The notes under the pieces: generated by a model
Told to the model about the DNA's origin: nothing
The model's database searches: none
The model's input: only the letters and a program-made list of their open reading frames with translations
Assembly: GCF_964355755.1 (NCBI RefSeq)
Contig: NC_092673.1
Span: 14,356,948-14,420,947, forward strand
Length of the DNA stretch: 64,000 nt
DNA from: Antedon mediterranea
Taxonomy: Eukaryota > Animalia > Echinodermata
Reading direction: 5' to 3'
In this document: positions 12,903 to 26,287 of the stretch, piece by piece
How the letters are laid out: each line of letters opens with the position of its first letter
Numbering within the stretch: position 1 is the first letter of the stretch
Position numbers and translations under genes: made by a program

Positions 12903-15900
12903 TTAGTTTAATTTGGTTGCATTCATAGCATCTTGTATTGCATAAACGAGACGATAAACGTCATTATACCTTGTGTACAAAGGAAATGGAGCAAATCGAA
13001 GGACATCTGGTTCACGTTTATCACTCTATAAAAGTAAGAGATAAATATAAAATATATAGTGAAAACCATGAATTATGTATTTCTAAGACTAAATGTCAAT
13101 CGGAGCCTCTGGAATCCATTTGTGATCCTGACGTCAGGCTAGGAGTAAAGAGCAACAATCGGGATATCGATGGCTTATTGAATATGTGACACTTTACCTT
13201 CAAAATATTTCACAGATTAATAAGGGAAAATTCAAATATTACATTAAGGAATAAAATCGAAAAAAGAGAAAAAAATTAGATCAATGCTATGTTTGAATGC
13301 TATATATCATTTTGATAACATTTGTAGGCCTACATGACTTGTGTACGGTACTTTTTAAATAAAATTACAGTGTTTTGGAATACTCCTAGACTTCAAACAA
13401 CCTCAACGCACTTACCGTAACTCCTCTCTTATTCAATTCTACTTGAACTTGATTGGCAGGAATTGAAAACACCAACGACAACTGACATCCTCTTTGCTTT
13501 GGATCTGATGGTGTCAGGATGTTGATGTAAGGCTTTCCTGGTTCCACTACACTCTTAACTAATGTTTTATTTAATAAATACTCAAAATAACCAGTCAGAA
13601 GTACTTGTTTTGAAACGCAATCTGACATACTTGTTTTATTAAAAACCTGCAAATAAAAAGAACCGCGATTGATTTACACGTTAAAAAAACCTAAGCATTT
13701 TACTTTATATGTTGGTAGGATAGACATATGCCTTTTCACACAAGTTCACTAATTTCTGTTCTGGTGAGCTCTCATATGGAAGCTTTAAAGTCCGCTGCCT
13801 TCGTTCTCCATGTAGTTTAAATGGTTCATTTACTATAACTTCTACCTTTTCTGGTTATCTTAAGATATTAATTTGATTAATCATTTTTGTGTGTAACACG
13901 ATTAGGAACAATTAAACACCATTTTAAGTGTTCTTAGATAATTGGTTCTTACAATTATTCAAAAATATACACAATCACTAAGTATAATTTAATTTAAAGA
14001 TAAAGTAAAATGTTATAAAAATGACGAACCTCAAGGCTGGCCTTTAATGGAATTATTGCCATAATCGAGGGATTAGAGATACGATAGCCCTCAATTCCAG
14101 GCGACAGGTCTATGTCTATATAAATATGGATGTTGTATTGAATAATATTTACAGAAATTATGTGTCAATATGAACATTATTACTATACATCAGTTCAGAT
14201 ACTTGTATTCAGATATTTGATACTACAGTAATTAGTAGGCCTATACTTAGGCATTATTCAAAAGTGAGTAATTTTTACAAACATTGTAAAATATTTCTTA
14301 CTAAGGCATGGAACTCACAACATGACATATTATATAGGCCCTATAATACAATTCCTTCTCAAATTTTATTTTTCTCTTTTCTTAGTTTATTTTTAAAAAT
14401 CTGTAGGCCTATAAGATAATATTTGAAGATCTCAACTAGTTTTTTCAGTGATTTAATTTGTTATTTTTTTCCAGTGCACATTATGCTTTACCACAAATGT
14501 CATTACAAAACATATTTAGAAATATGGTGTATTTAGTTCTTATATTTTAATTTTTTGTGTACTGTAGGCCTAGTCGTTACACATCCTATTGGGGTGCTTC
14601 TAATATAAAAGAGATATAATAAAGTATCAGCTTATCCGTAACACGTCACTAAAAGGATCAAAACAAAATCACACACAATGCAAAAAAAATGAATCTTCAA
14701 ATATCATATTAATACATTAATGTACACAAAGTATTTTATTTACAACTTACTTTTACTCATTTCAAATCTTGTTTCTTCTCGATTACTCCACCAACCGCTC
14801 AATCTACAATGACAAGAAACATATTGCATGATTACTAGAATGTAAGAAGCAATACACCAGCAATAGTAGGCCTAGACTGTCGGAAGAAAAAGATCTCAAC
14901 GATATGGAGAACCTTGTGCACGATTAATTAATACAGCTCTAGCAATGTGGCTTAATGTATACCCTGAAAAACCCTAGATACTCCTAAATAGAGAGTGTTT
15001 TGACAATCATTGGATGAGTATACAGATTATGCCAATTTGGAGTAGGAAACCGTTTTGTATTAGCTATACCTTTTGATCAATGTGTAGCAACAAGGTGGTA
15101 CTTTGTAGCATTTGTCTAGATAAACTGGCAAAAATGTTCCTCGAATAGTAATTATGTATAGAGCCTAGAGAAGAAACTGTAACATTTCTATTTTATTTTT
15201 ACTGGTATCAGCAACATCCATATACAATATAGAAAGTATAAAAAACTGAACATACATTGTTTTAATTAATTTCTAATACGGAGCCTATTTACTTTGGTTT
15301 ATCAGTGTCTGAATGTTTTTCATGTATGAACGCACCACCTGCACAACCAGCCCCACCATTCATATACTGCAAAGAAAAACATATAAAAAGTATACATCAT
15401 CATAGTGTAATTCTGGAATAATGGAAACATATTTTTTTCTATGCATTTGGCCATAAACTGTCAAGCTTTGTTTCTTGCTTAACTTTCATTTTGACCAATT
15501 TTTTTTTCATTTTTAAGTGACGTGATAAACAAAAATAAAAACTGAATTTCTAACAAAATTATTGAAACTCGATTAAGATACAAACACATAAGCAAAAAGC
15601 TAAATCAAAATGCTAAATTAATAGTTCAGGAAGAAGTGTCAAACTCTCGAAAACGCTATTCCTTTTACAGTTCTCAATGAGATTAAGAAATAATTGGAAT
15701 TGAAGAACTAACTTTATAGTTACACCAAGCAGCAAAGTCAACATCCCAATCATGAAGACACAACTCAACATTGCCAACGGCATGTGCAAGATCAAAGCCT
15801 ACAAAACAACCCTTAAAATTGAGGAAAAGGACAAAAATTAATGAATGGATAAATGTATGAATAATATTTTATAGGTCATTCAAGTTCAGAAAATTTTAAA

Positions 15901-18128
15901 ATTTTCAATACAAAATATCTATACAAACCCAGAACGATCCTACTATTTTATTAACAATTATAATTCTTAGCATGCTGATATTGTTGATTCTTAGCATACC
16001 ACCTATTTTTTATTTATTCATCAATCAATCAAGTTAAAAAATAAATCAATGCTTTTTAAACATGTTAATCAATTCCTTAAACTCGATACAAGTACTGTTC
16101 CACCAGCATTCAAATCTTGGGGCTCGTAAGCACAACAAGGTTTGAGATGCTACCTACCTTACTATGTCCAGCTTTTGTAATTGCCTGCATGTCAAACAAT
16201 TGACCTGTATAATAGTGGATACCACAAAACATTATTGTTGCAATCTCAGAACCATGCTTCTCAATTAACACTAGTATATCCTCCATTCGTATATTAACTT
16301 CTCCCTATTTAAAACAGCACAAACTAACATTACAAATACAGGTACTTCTCCAATATAGAAATTTTTGAAAAAGTACTAAAATGTGTTCTAAAAGAATAAT
16401 AGAGATTCTTAGCAACATCAAAAATGCAAATACTACTTATACGTCAGCGGCATCACTGTAAACTAGACCAATCTCTAGTAAAAGTAAACATTCTCTTTAC
16501 AATACATGAACAAATGTTGTGGATCAACATTTGTAGATGTCACAATATATCCTAAAATCTGCAAAAACATATTCAACATTCAAACAACTTTTCATTAAAA
16601 ATTCTAAAGAGACAGTACGGACTTGATTGAGTGTCTATGTCGTCCCTCGTCCACCAAATGACACTATTTTGTTGTTGTTTTATTTGTTTAGTCAATGTAC
16701 ATACTATGTTGATTGTGGTCGAAATTGAATTGAATTAATTGATTTATACCTCTCTTGGGCTTGCATAAATGATACAATCCTCTGGATTTCCACCATGCAG
16801 TTTTATTTGACTTTCAATCATATACTGCAAAAAATTATTCACGAGTATAAAATTATGTTCTTTAAAATATCCACTAGTTTTACCATCTAATACAGTAATA
16901 GTAAGTGTGTTATCCTTTGAACCTGGGAGTCAAATAATTAAAGAAAATGTTTTATATTGTTGTGATAAAAATGTGTTTACCGCCAACTAACACTCAGCGT
17001 GCCTCAACCATTCAATATGAATATTCTCTTTTGGATTTTTGGGATTGGCATTTATAGGCCTACAATTTATATACTATTTTTATAAAAATAAATTAATTTT
17101 GATTTCGATTTCATTACCTGATCTGAAGGAAATGCATTTGATTCCACTAAGATCTTTTTTCTGGATTCGGTTGGTTTGTAAAATGAAATCTAAAAAGAAA
17201 ACACATTTATTTAATTTAAATACGTTAATTTATCTTTGGTGCTGTTGAGAGATTTCCCTAGAAGAGTTTGGGTAGTCAAGGTACTTTATTTTCTGTGTTT
17301 AGTATGGAGATCCCCAAAATAACAATTGTAATTTTGGAAAGTTATTTTAAAAAGTGTAGTTGTGGAATAAACTATGCCACTGCCACTATTTCATGTAATG
17401 TGTCAGTCTCGATGAGAGCGATACCATACAAAACACAATGTTGGTTTTGCTTAAATTTGATTCAATATTTGGACTCATTTTATGAATTTCCTTTTTAGAG
17501 TTAATTCCCAGGGTCTATTTGACAACATAAACCCAATTATGTGTTGTAGGTGTTCATTCGGTTTATGTGGACAACAGGTTGAGTCCTGCGACACACATTT
17601 GAAAATTGCCAGTTATTAAGCAGAAACTTCATTGTATTGAAAAACCATCTGTAGCACGATCTAGATAGTACGCGAGCAAAGCGAAGAATTTATCAATATA
17701 TTATTTTTACAGTATATCTGACAACAACTCTTTTAGATCAAAATCTATCTTCTCTTAATAATCATATACAGTATATCATATTTTCAATTTCTACTCACGA
17801 GTAAAATGTGGAGATTTACAGTGAGTGCATTCATCACAGCCACTTCACTAGTCTTAGCACCTAAAATTAATAGATACAATTACCAAGCTTTCCGTAATGG
17901 TCACATAGTACTGTATGCTTTTAGACATTAAACCTAAACTGGATATCCGCAAGTACAATTTTTCTTACAGAATTGTTAACCTATGGAATAGTCTACCAGA
18001 GGAAGCCGTTAACACTACCACAGTAAACGCCTTTAAAAATAAACTTGATAAATGCATTGAAAGAAAATACAACAAATTTACTTTATGGGATAAAGTGTAT
18101 TGCAGAAGAATTTAAATCAAGGAAACGA

Positions 18129-18162
<34 letters not shown>

Positions 18163-20523
18163 AAAACCATGCAGTGATGACTTGATGAAATTGGGAGGGC
18201 ATGACATGTACCATACAGAAATGTATGGTCTACTTACGAGCCCGACAAGACAGGTGATTACAGGTGATTACAGGTGATTACATTCTGGTGAAACATCAAT
18301 CAAGCCATTCATCGTCTATCAATTATCAATGCACCACCCCATTTATCCTCATTGTCATCCATCATCATCATCATCATTATCGTCGTCCCCGCCGTCGTCG
18401 TGATCTTTATTAATTAATTCATTACCAACTATCCTGGCCATATCTGCCTGTACTTTTAAATCGCTTTTGCTCCATGGTATTTCACCCATAAAATATCCAT
18501 GTACACCTCTACAGAATTGAAGAAAATCTCAAAACGAATCTAATTTTAGCATAGTAATATTGAAATACAATATATAAAAGTTGAATATCAATTAACGTAC
18601 TAGCGATATATCAATATGTGGTGATCAGGTTATAACTTGTTGTATCTTTTCAATTCGTAATTAAATGGTTTTAGTCAACACATATTTCTATACCCATTCT
18701 AGTCCAGAGAATGTATGTCCAATGTATAGTTAAAGTTAAAGTTACCTCTTTTATATACGGCCCTGAATAAAGTAATACAAAAAGATACTTTAGGTATGAA
18801 TGCGACTACTTACATATTAGACCATTTGTCTAGTTCGTTGTTCAGATAATGTCTCGTTGTAGCAGTCATCAACCCTAATGAATTACCACTCATGTAAATG
18901 CAATCTTCCTCTCCGTCGACTAAAGATAGGTCCACTGATAAAAAATTATTATTATATAGTTGTGTTATGTGTTTACCAGCAATTTATTATTATTTTCGCC
19001 ATTTACAAAATGGAACATTTTTGTCTAAACCAGCCAGATTACCGCTGGTGTTGTATCACTTTACATTAACTGGTTAACTAGAATACCATGGTTAGCAACG
19101 TAATGGCAAATACTATGTGAAACAAATGTATGATTGGAAAGAGATTATTTTTAGTAAGACATTTTGACAGATTATGTTTGATTTAAGGACACAAAAACAA
19201 TATTTACTTGACAAATTAGATTTGAAATAGTTTAAGTTTAGTCTGACGTGAACGACTTTGTCAATTAGTTTTACATTCATTTGAATGATGGATGAAACTA
19301 AGCCAGGAATGTTTAAAGCACACTTGATTGGTCCTAACATTGATCAAGGGCTTCTCTTGCCTAGTGCCCACCTTGACCAAAGGAAAGGCATGCGTCAATA
19401 GACACTAGATGCAGGGATGCCATAAGAATCAGCAGTGCTGATTTCAAATTCCTAATGGCATTAGGATCATCAATTATTCATTATATCTAAAAGATTATAA
19501 TAGTATGTCTATGATTACTTTTTATAAACTTAGAGAGCTTGGACAAATAGATCAGAAATTGTACCTAAATTATATATTTACTGGCAATTAAATGTAATGT
19601 TTTTTAATGGTAAAACCTAATAGCTCTTAGCAATGGTACTAATTCGATTAGATAGCACAGTTAAAAAAAAAAGACACTATGTTACAGTCAATTCTCACGT
19701 CACGCCTCATGCATATTCAATGTAGGCCTAGATGATTATAAATAATTCATTTTCTCTCCAAACAATAATAATTATTATTACTGTATATGATATTTCATTA
19801 TTATGCTGGTATGCTAGTCAATTTAAGTGGATTTTATGGGGAAAATCATAACGTTTTATAGCTTCAAATGAAATTGTGTAAAATATATTATACCCGAAAT
19901 GCTTGACTTCCTTGTATGTATATATATATATATATATAGATAATGTTAAAAACACATTTTACCAAAGTGGCAGCCAGGACTAAATACTTTCCTCTATGCA
20001 ATGTTTTTTTTTCTTATTTATTTCTTTCTCGATTCACAAGAAAAATTAACATTACAAAATAAAATGTCAATAAACGTCAAGTCATATCGTTGAAATGATA
20101 TGTATCAGACGGCAATTTTGCATACGCCTATATGACATATGATAAGTCGTGATTTTATTGATAGCAGTTTTTTGGTTAGTGTATATTGGAATGAACTTTG
20201 AGTAATAGTGTAAAAGTATAGGCCTAGGCAGGCATAGAGTGAAGCCAGTTGACCAAGATGTTACATCTTTCCGACTAGTTCTCGCACTAAACGTGGTTTA
20301 GGGGTTTATGGATCAACTTACCTCCGGGTAAAGTTCTCATTTTTGGAACGTTAAATTCTCTCCGCAAGAATGCGATGGGGTCCTCCAAGTCCATCTTGAG
20401 TGGGAACTCTTTATCAGTCACCTTGCACCCAAATTTATCCGCTTTTTTTTGGAGAAGAAGTGGTGGCATGTCTGTGATAGATGTATGCAGTCCAATGGTA
20501 GGATGTTCCTCAATTGTTGACAT
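12903..20523 (-). CDS. KYNU: Kynureninase, copy 1 (13 coding exons, 475 aa, intact)
   Basis: Hand-spliced GT-AG exons in transcript order: 20322-20523, 18814-18934, 18426-18508, 17799-17860, 17118-17189, 16750-16824, 16158-16304, 15713-15811, 15293-15366, 14751-14803, 14030-14115, 13416-13646, 12903-13025 (1428 nt, phases consistent, ends TAA). Motifs: [47 protein letters not shown] (PLP lysine), [27 protein letters not shown]. Confidence 0.96.
17915..18160 (+). mobile_element. CR1-type LINE 3' fragment with poly(A), intronic in KYNU copy 1
   Basis: Peptide [30 protein letters not shown] followed by about 30 A. Confidence 0.75.
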
Positions 20524-20740
20524 TATTTACACTTTTTGACGATCTGTTAAGAATCTGACAAAGATTAAAAGTAAATTTACATTAAATTACGAAAACAAAA
20601 TACTGAAGATTATTTTTTAGAAAGAGTAGGTAAAGTGAAAGCAGAATAACAGATCTGGACTGGTAGAAAACAAAGATGTTTAATATCTTACCGGACCTAG
20701 TAGAATTTAGTTACAATAGAAACCGTATTTAACGGGGCTT

Positions 20741-22881
20741 TTTTTATTTTTTTTTTATTTTATTCAATTTCCAGGTAACATACAAAAATCATAAACAAGG
20801 TACGGCATCATTCAACAAAACAGAACAAAAGTACTATCAGCACCTGCGGGTAACCAAAAGTGGATCAGTTCAAAAGAACTGCACTGTCGAGTGGCTTTCC
20901 CAACTAATAGTACGAAAAACGCAATAGACATAAAACACAGTGATAGTCTAGATGAATTCGATATCAGTAATACATTTTTTCAAATCCCTTCTAAACCCCC
21001 CAAAGTTAAACAGGACTTTGTTACGAACTTCATGCGGGATACATTCCCATATTCGAGGAAAATTAACAAACAGGGAGTATTTAAATGCATTAGTTCTAGC
21101 ATACATGTGTTTAAAGGTGAGGGACTCTGGATACCGAGAATTAATTGTAAGGTATTCAAATATATCAAAATCAATTAAATTATGCAAACACTTAACTACA
21201 AAAATTATACGATGAAATTTCATTCTTAGAACCATATCTGGTAAATTTAGTATCTTAAGCCTGTCAGTGAAATCGCCTTCAACACACAATTTAGTAACCC
21301 GTCTTAATGACTTGTTAATAGCTATATTATGTTGTTTTTGATGTGGATCCCACACAGGAGCACCATATTCAATAACAGGTCGACATAGTGCATTAAAAAG
21401 TCGTAGTAAAATGTCGGTGTCATTGAAACCTACAAACCGTTTGATAAACCCAAGCATTCTCATAGATTTCATCGATACATCATTAACGTGAGCAGACCAT
21501 GTTAAATCACGTGAGAAATTAATACCAAGATATTTATGTGAATTAACAGCTTCAAGGGGATTGGATTCGATTGTATAAATAAAATGAGGGATATAATTAC
21601 GTTTCCTAGTTATGTGCATGACTTTACACTTCTTTGCATTTAATTTCATTTTATTATCCTCACACCATTTGGAAATTTTACAAAGATCCTGTTGTAAGGT
21701 AAGTGCATCATGACGACTGAATACAGGTTTATAAATTACTGTATCGTCTGCATACTGCTTCATAACAGAAGAGGTATTTAGAGGTAGGTCATAAACAAAG
21801 AGATTAAATAGAAGCGGGCCTAACACTGATCCCTGAGGAACACCCGAGCCCACTCTATCCCAATCAGAATGCTCCTTATTAAGAACAACACGTTGGAATC
21901 TGTCACTGAGAAAGGAGTGAAGACAATTTAGGAGAGATCCACATACTCCCATGTTGTGCAGTTTCTTGATTACTAAATCATGGGAAACATGGTCAGAGGC
22001 CTTCTCCCAATCAAGGAATATTGCATCAATTACAGGAGGTTGTCTAACTTCCATTGTTTGTGACCAATCATGATATAACGCTGAGGCCTGTGTAATACAC
22101 GATCTACCCGGATAAAACCCGTGTTGCGTGGGACTTATAAATCCAAAAAATTGAAGATGAAAAAGAATGTTATCTGCTATAATACGTTCAAAAACCTTAC
22201 CTTATAATAGAACATAGCGATATTGGTCGATAATTATTAACATCGTTCCGATTACCTGACTTAAAAATAGGAGTGACATTCGCGAGTTTCCAATCTTTTG
22301 GTACAAAGCCATCCGTTAAGAACTTGTTAAACATTTTGCACAACACTGGGGCAATAATTGGAGCTGGCATGGATAACATTGTAGGTGTAATCCCGTCTGG
22401 TCCAGGGGATTTGTTGGGTTTCAATGACAATAGAGCCTCGAAAATAGTTTTTTCAGTAATATTAATGTTATTAAGGGGAACAATATCTGGGTGAACACAA
22501 TTACAGATCTCATGGTTAACATTGAAATTACGATTAGGTTCGTTAAAGTTTGACGCAAAGAATGTGGAAAATGCATTTACCGCATCAATATCGGAAACCA
22601 ATGGTATACCGTTAAAAACAAGGTTTTTGACTTGTCCAGTCTTACGCCTAGTCTTAACATAACTAAAAAAACGTTTGGAGTCACCATTTACACAGGCGAC
22701 ACTTAATTTCCTAATATATTGTAAATGAGCTTTTTTTGTTAGGTTTCTTAATTTATTACTAAACGTTCTATATTTGTCCATCTTACTTGGGTTATGAGGA
22801 TGACGATAAGCCTTTTTTAGCATTCGTTTCTTTTTACGAGCCATAATAACCATTTCTTGAGTTATCCAAGCTGGCCTGTTT
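20741..22881 (-). mobile_element. 5'-truncated LINE of the same family as 8857-12524, specific to copy 1
   Basis: ORFs 20948-22054 and 22197-22853 are nearly identical to the 10.5-12.3 kb RT. Poly(T) at 20741. The empty site 'cggggcttcctcgag' is present in copy 2 at about 60351-60365, and CTT flanks both ends. Confidence 0.93.
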
Positions 22882-25039
22882 CTTCCTCGAGACCCAACGA
22901 ATTGTCACCTTAATAGAGGTGGTACTATATTGGTATCACACAGCCGTAACTACGGCTCTTTCGGGCATGTAAATTATTTGAAACATCGGTGAACAAAGGA
23001 AAATAGCCACAACTGTACAACTCTCAATTATATATATTAGAAAATTCAATAATAACGTTTGGCAAAATCATTCTTTTTTTCTGAATCCCGACAAAAACAA
23101 ATTTCCCCCAAAAAACTCAACCCAATTCCCAAGCAATACGGTAATCAACCCATAACAGTATCCCTATTTCAAGCACAATTTTTATAAATCCCCAATCTTC
23201 CTAAACCCTTTCGAGATTATCAAACAACGCCAAGAAAATCCCCTACAAGTACATTTATAGGATCGAATACACCAGAATGAATAAATAAACGAGTAATCAA
23301 ACCTCACAAAATGTCCTCTTCATATAAATAGCCTAAACTAGGAAAGATACAAGTTAAAATGGTTGTCAATAATTTTCTGCAAACGTTGAAGAACTCCCAT
23401 GACTTTGCTCCCGTTCTGCTGGTATTACCAATAATTATTATTCACAACCTGCAACTAATTTACTGCAATTAATGTTGCTCTTGGTAATTTCTGCATACAA
23501 TATTAACCTCCAATAAGGTCTCAATACTTCAAGTACAATTCAACTACTATGCTATTTTCATCAGTTATTTCTTTCTTCAATTTTCATATACAGTTGCAAT
23601 TAATCTCCAATAACTGAATAAAGGTTCTCAATATTTTCAAATACAGCCTATTAGTATTATCATTTCAACTCACTATTTACTTTACTACTCCGTGTATATC
23701 ACTTTAGTTCATTTGGGCTTCTGCTCTACATCACCACAACACAAATTACTTTCTTCTCCTGTACTGTTTAGTTTTCCATATACATTTTCTCCTATCCTTT
23801 CCTTGCTCAACATAGCACTTCTCCTTCTCTGTCTCATATCTTTATCTATACTGTACTACCCTAATCCCTCATTCCACCACATACAACAACCTCATTCCTA
23901 TCCATCAATCACCAATTCAAACACCGACTTAACGCTATACTTCTTATTCTTCTAGTTTTCACGCGGGAAAACCCAAACTTACCTGGATTCAAGAAATTTA
24001 GAAGAATTTAAAATTTAACCAACTTTCTACCAGTGTCAAGCCAGAAAGTATCATAATTATTATAATCTATTTTTTAAATAATAACGATGAATGATATATA
24101 TATTTCCGATGTATACAAGAAAATAGCGGAATTGAAAAATACCATTTGGCAGTCCCAAAACTACATGGATAGGAAAAATAAAATAAAGACAAATAAAGTA
24201 AATACATTAATCGAAAGGTTAAATGAAAGGCCATTGGGCCACCGAAAGAGAATAATGGCAACGATTAGCGAACGTAAGACGAAAAGCGTACTAGATGATG
24301 ATAAAATCATTATAATTATTTTGAATTTTTTGTTTGATTTTGTGATGAAAAACAAATTATATAATAAACATCTGGTAGTAAAAAGAAACGCCGTACCCTT
24401 AATAGTAATATTGAATTAAATCGCATTACGTTAATGTGTACTGTATGACCGTATGGAGTAAATTTAGTGAAGGTAGTCTCAACTCATTTAGAGGAACGGT
24501 TTACGTAAACTATATTGAAGCTAATAAGGTGCAAACTTGATGTTTGTTACAAATACAATTCTCTCATTTTATGATTTTATTTTGTAAACATTTTGTATGG
24601 GTCGAATCGAACCTCTTGTTCCTCCGTTTTAAAAGAGAGTAACCAATAAATATTATTATTATTATTATGAATAGTGAAGGAACTCCATTCATTATTATAA
24701 TTAATTAATTGAGTTTAAAAACATATGCAATGTACTTACACAGCGTTGGTGCGAATTAGTCGAATATTTTCGTATTTTCTGTATGTATTGTTATATCTTG
24801 TTTACTAATTAAATTGAGTTTGATAATTAGTTAATGACATTTAAAACGAATTTAGGTTCAACGATTTGCCTAAATAGGGGTGTTTTCCGATCGTGGGATA
24901 CACTGTTTATGGATGTCCATCTTGGAAAATGCCCGCACACAATAATACGAGGATGCTTCTCATTTTCCTATCTCCTACTATGATAATTTTTGTTTAATAG
25001 CTGAAAACCAATTGAACAGCTCGAGTACAGCATCATAAT

Positions 25040-25816
25040 CAGGGGCGGTCGCAGGACTATTTTAAGAAGGTTGCTCAGAGACTTCAGGGTTGTAGACACT
25101 GAGTATTTGAGCAAGCAAATTGTTAAATGACAACCCTAGATGGCCACAAATGGTACTCGCGTAGGCCTACTTTAAATTCATGATAAATCTCACCCACCTC
25201 TAGTTCGCCGGAAATGTCACTACAGTGCGCTAGCAAACAGAGGATTGTAGGCTATATTATTCCGCCGGTAATAAAACATAGGCTACGTGACTACTTTTTT
25301 TCAGTAAATTACCCAATGGTTTATTCAAAGTACACTGTAACTAATCCCTTGCAATTCAATCAAAATGTTATTATTATACTACTATAATATTGTTGAAAAA
25401 TGGATTGCGTGATATGAAAATATATTGATAGTAAAATGGGACAAAGTTACGTTCTTGTCTGGTTATTAGGTATTCATGCTGTGATGAAGCGGAGGATTAT
25501 TTTTGTAGCGTTCCATTTAAAATAAATTTTGTTACAAAGAAATATTTTGATTGTGAAGGTCGTTAAATTCATTGGCGCCAGCATCACTTCTTTTACCAAT
25601 TTTAACAAAAAGCTAACATCAAAACATTTAACAATGATAAAATGCCCTGCAACTCTCTAACTACTTTATGACTAAGCCTATAAAGTTCTGGTTCCGGATG
25701 GATATTGTATACGATGAAATGAGACTCAATTTTAATTTAGTGGCAGAAACAGCATTTAGTATGAAATTAAGGGTATTGCCCGGGCCACTTGGCCAACATC
25801 CCTGGGTCCGCCCCTG
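25040..25816. mobile_element. Non-autonomous TIR element with 5-bp TSD (hAT5-like, inferred)
   Basis: caggggcgg...ccgcccctg termini with ATAAT duplicated (25035-25039, 25817-25821). The 5' interior resembles 61660-61810. Confidence 0.75.
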
Positions 25817-26087
25817 ATAATGTTGAAGAAAGGTCGATTTTTTAATTTAAAAAATACTATTTTGATAGATTTAATATATACGTTTATACAATTAAATGTA
25901 TTGTTTTGCGATGAATGGAACATTCCAATCTGTATTTTGAAGCTTCAAATTCCTCGGTTAGAGGGCGCATTATTTCGACAAATGCTTAGATTAGAAATAG
26001 TGTCGGGTGTTGTACAGTATGCAGAACAGTAAACTTTAATCAAATAATTATCGTGGAGTATAATAATAGGCATCATGCAGTTAAACT

Positions 26088-26206
26088 AAGTCTCATTTGA
26101 GGCTTAGCGAGTGTAGTTGAAAGAGTGTGAGTTATAACCATGGCACTATGTCAGGATTGAACCCGACCTTGGGGTTGGAAGGCAAACACCAACCTCCACT
26201 CTATGA
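26088..26206 (-). mobile_element. Possible tRNA-derived SINE remnant
   Basis: Minus strand shows A-box-like 'tagagtgg' and B-box 'gggttcaatcc' with tRNA-like spacing but no complete cloverleaf. Confidence 0.45.
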
Positions 26207-26287
26207 CTGTCAATGGTGAAAACATAACGGCACACAACATAACATAAACATGCTTCGTAGTTTCTTTTCTCAAACTACAATTTGGTT

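Larger units (their letters stand above)
12525..24366. repeat. Segmental duplication, unit 1 (KYNU locus)
   Basis: Collinear and near-identical to 49400-64000, starting at 'cacaaaagatagaaaaaaata' and including introns and flanks. The partner copy runs off the window end, so the true right boundary is not visible. Confidence 0.93.

Noticed and set aside
15613-15795. Hydrophobic 60-aa ORF (also 53822-54004) and similar short ORFs at 12938, 17039 and 18878
   Set aside because: They are alternative-frame or antisense readings of KYNU exons and introns, duplicated only because the locus is.
23692-24419. Short ORFs conserved in both copies upstream of KYNU
   Set aside because: Low-complexity, no recognisable domain, and the 110-aa ORF is truncated in copy 2.
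26088-26206. tRNA gene
   Set aside because: Only A/B-box-like motifs are present with no foldable acceptor stem, so it is kept as a possible SINE remnant.
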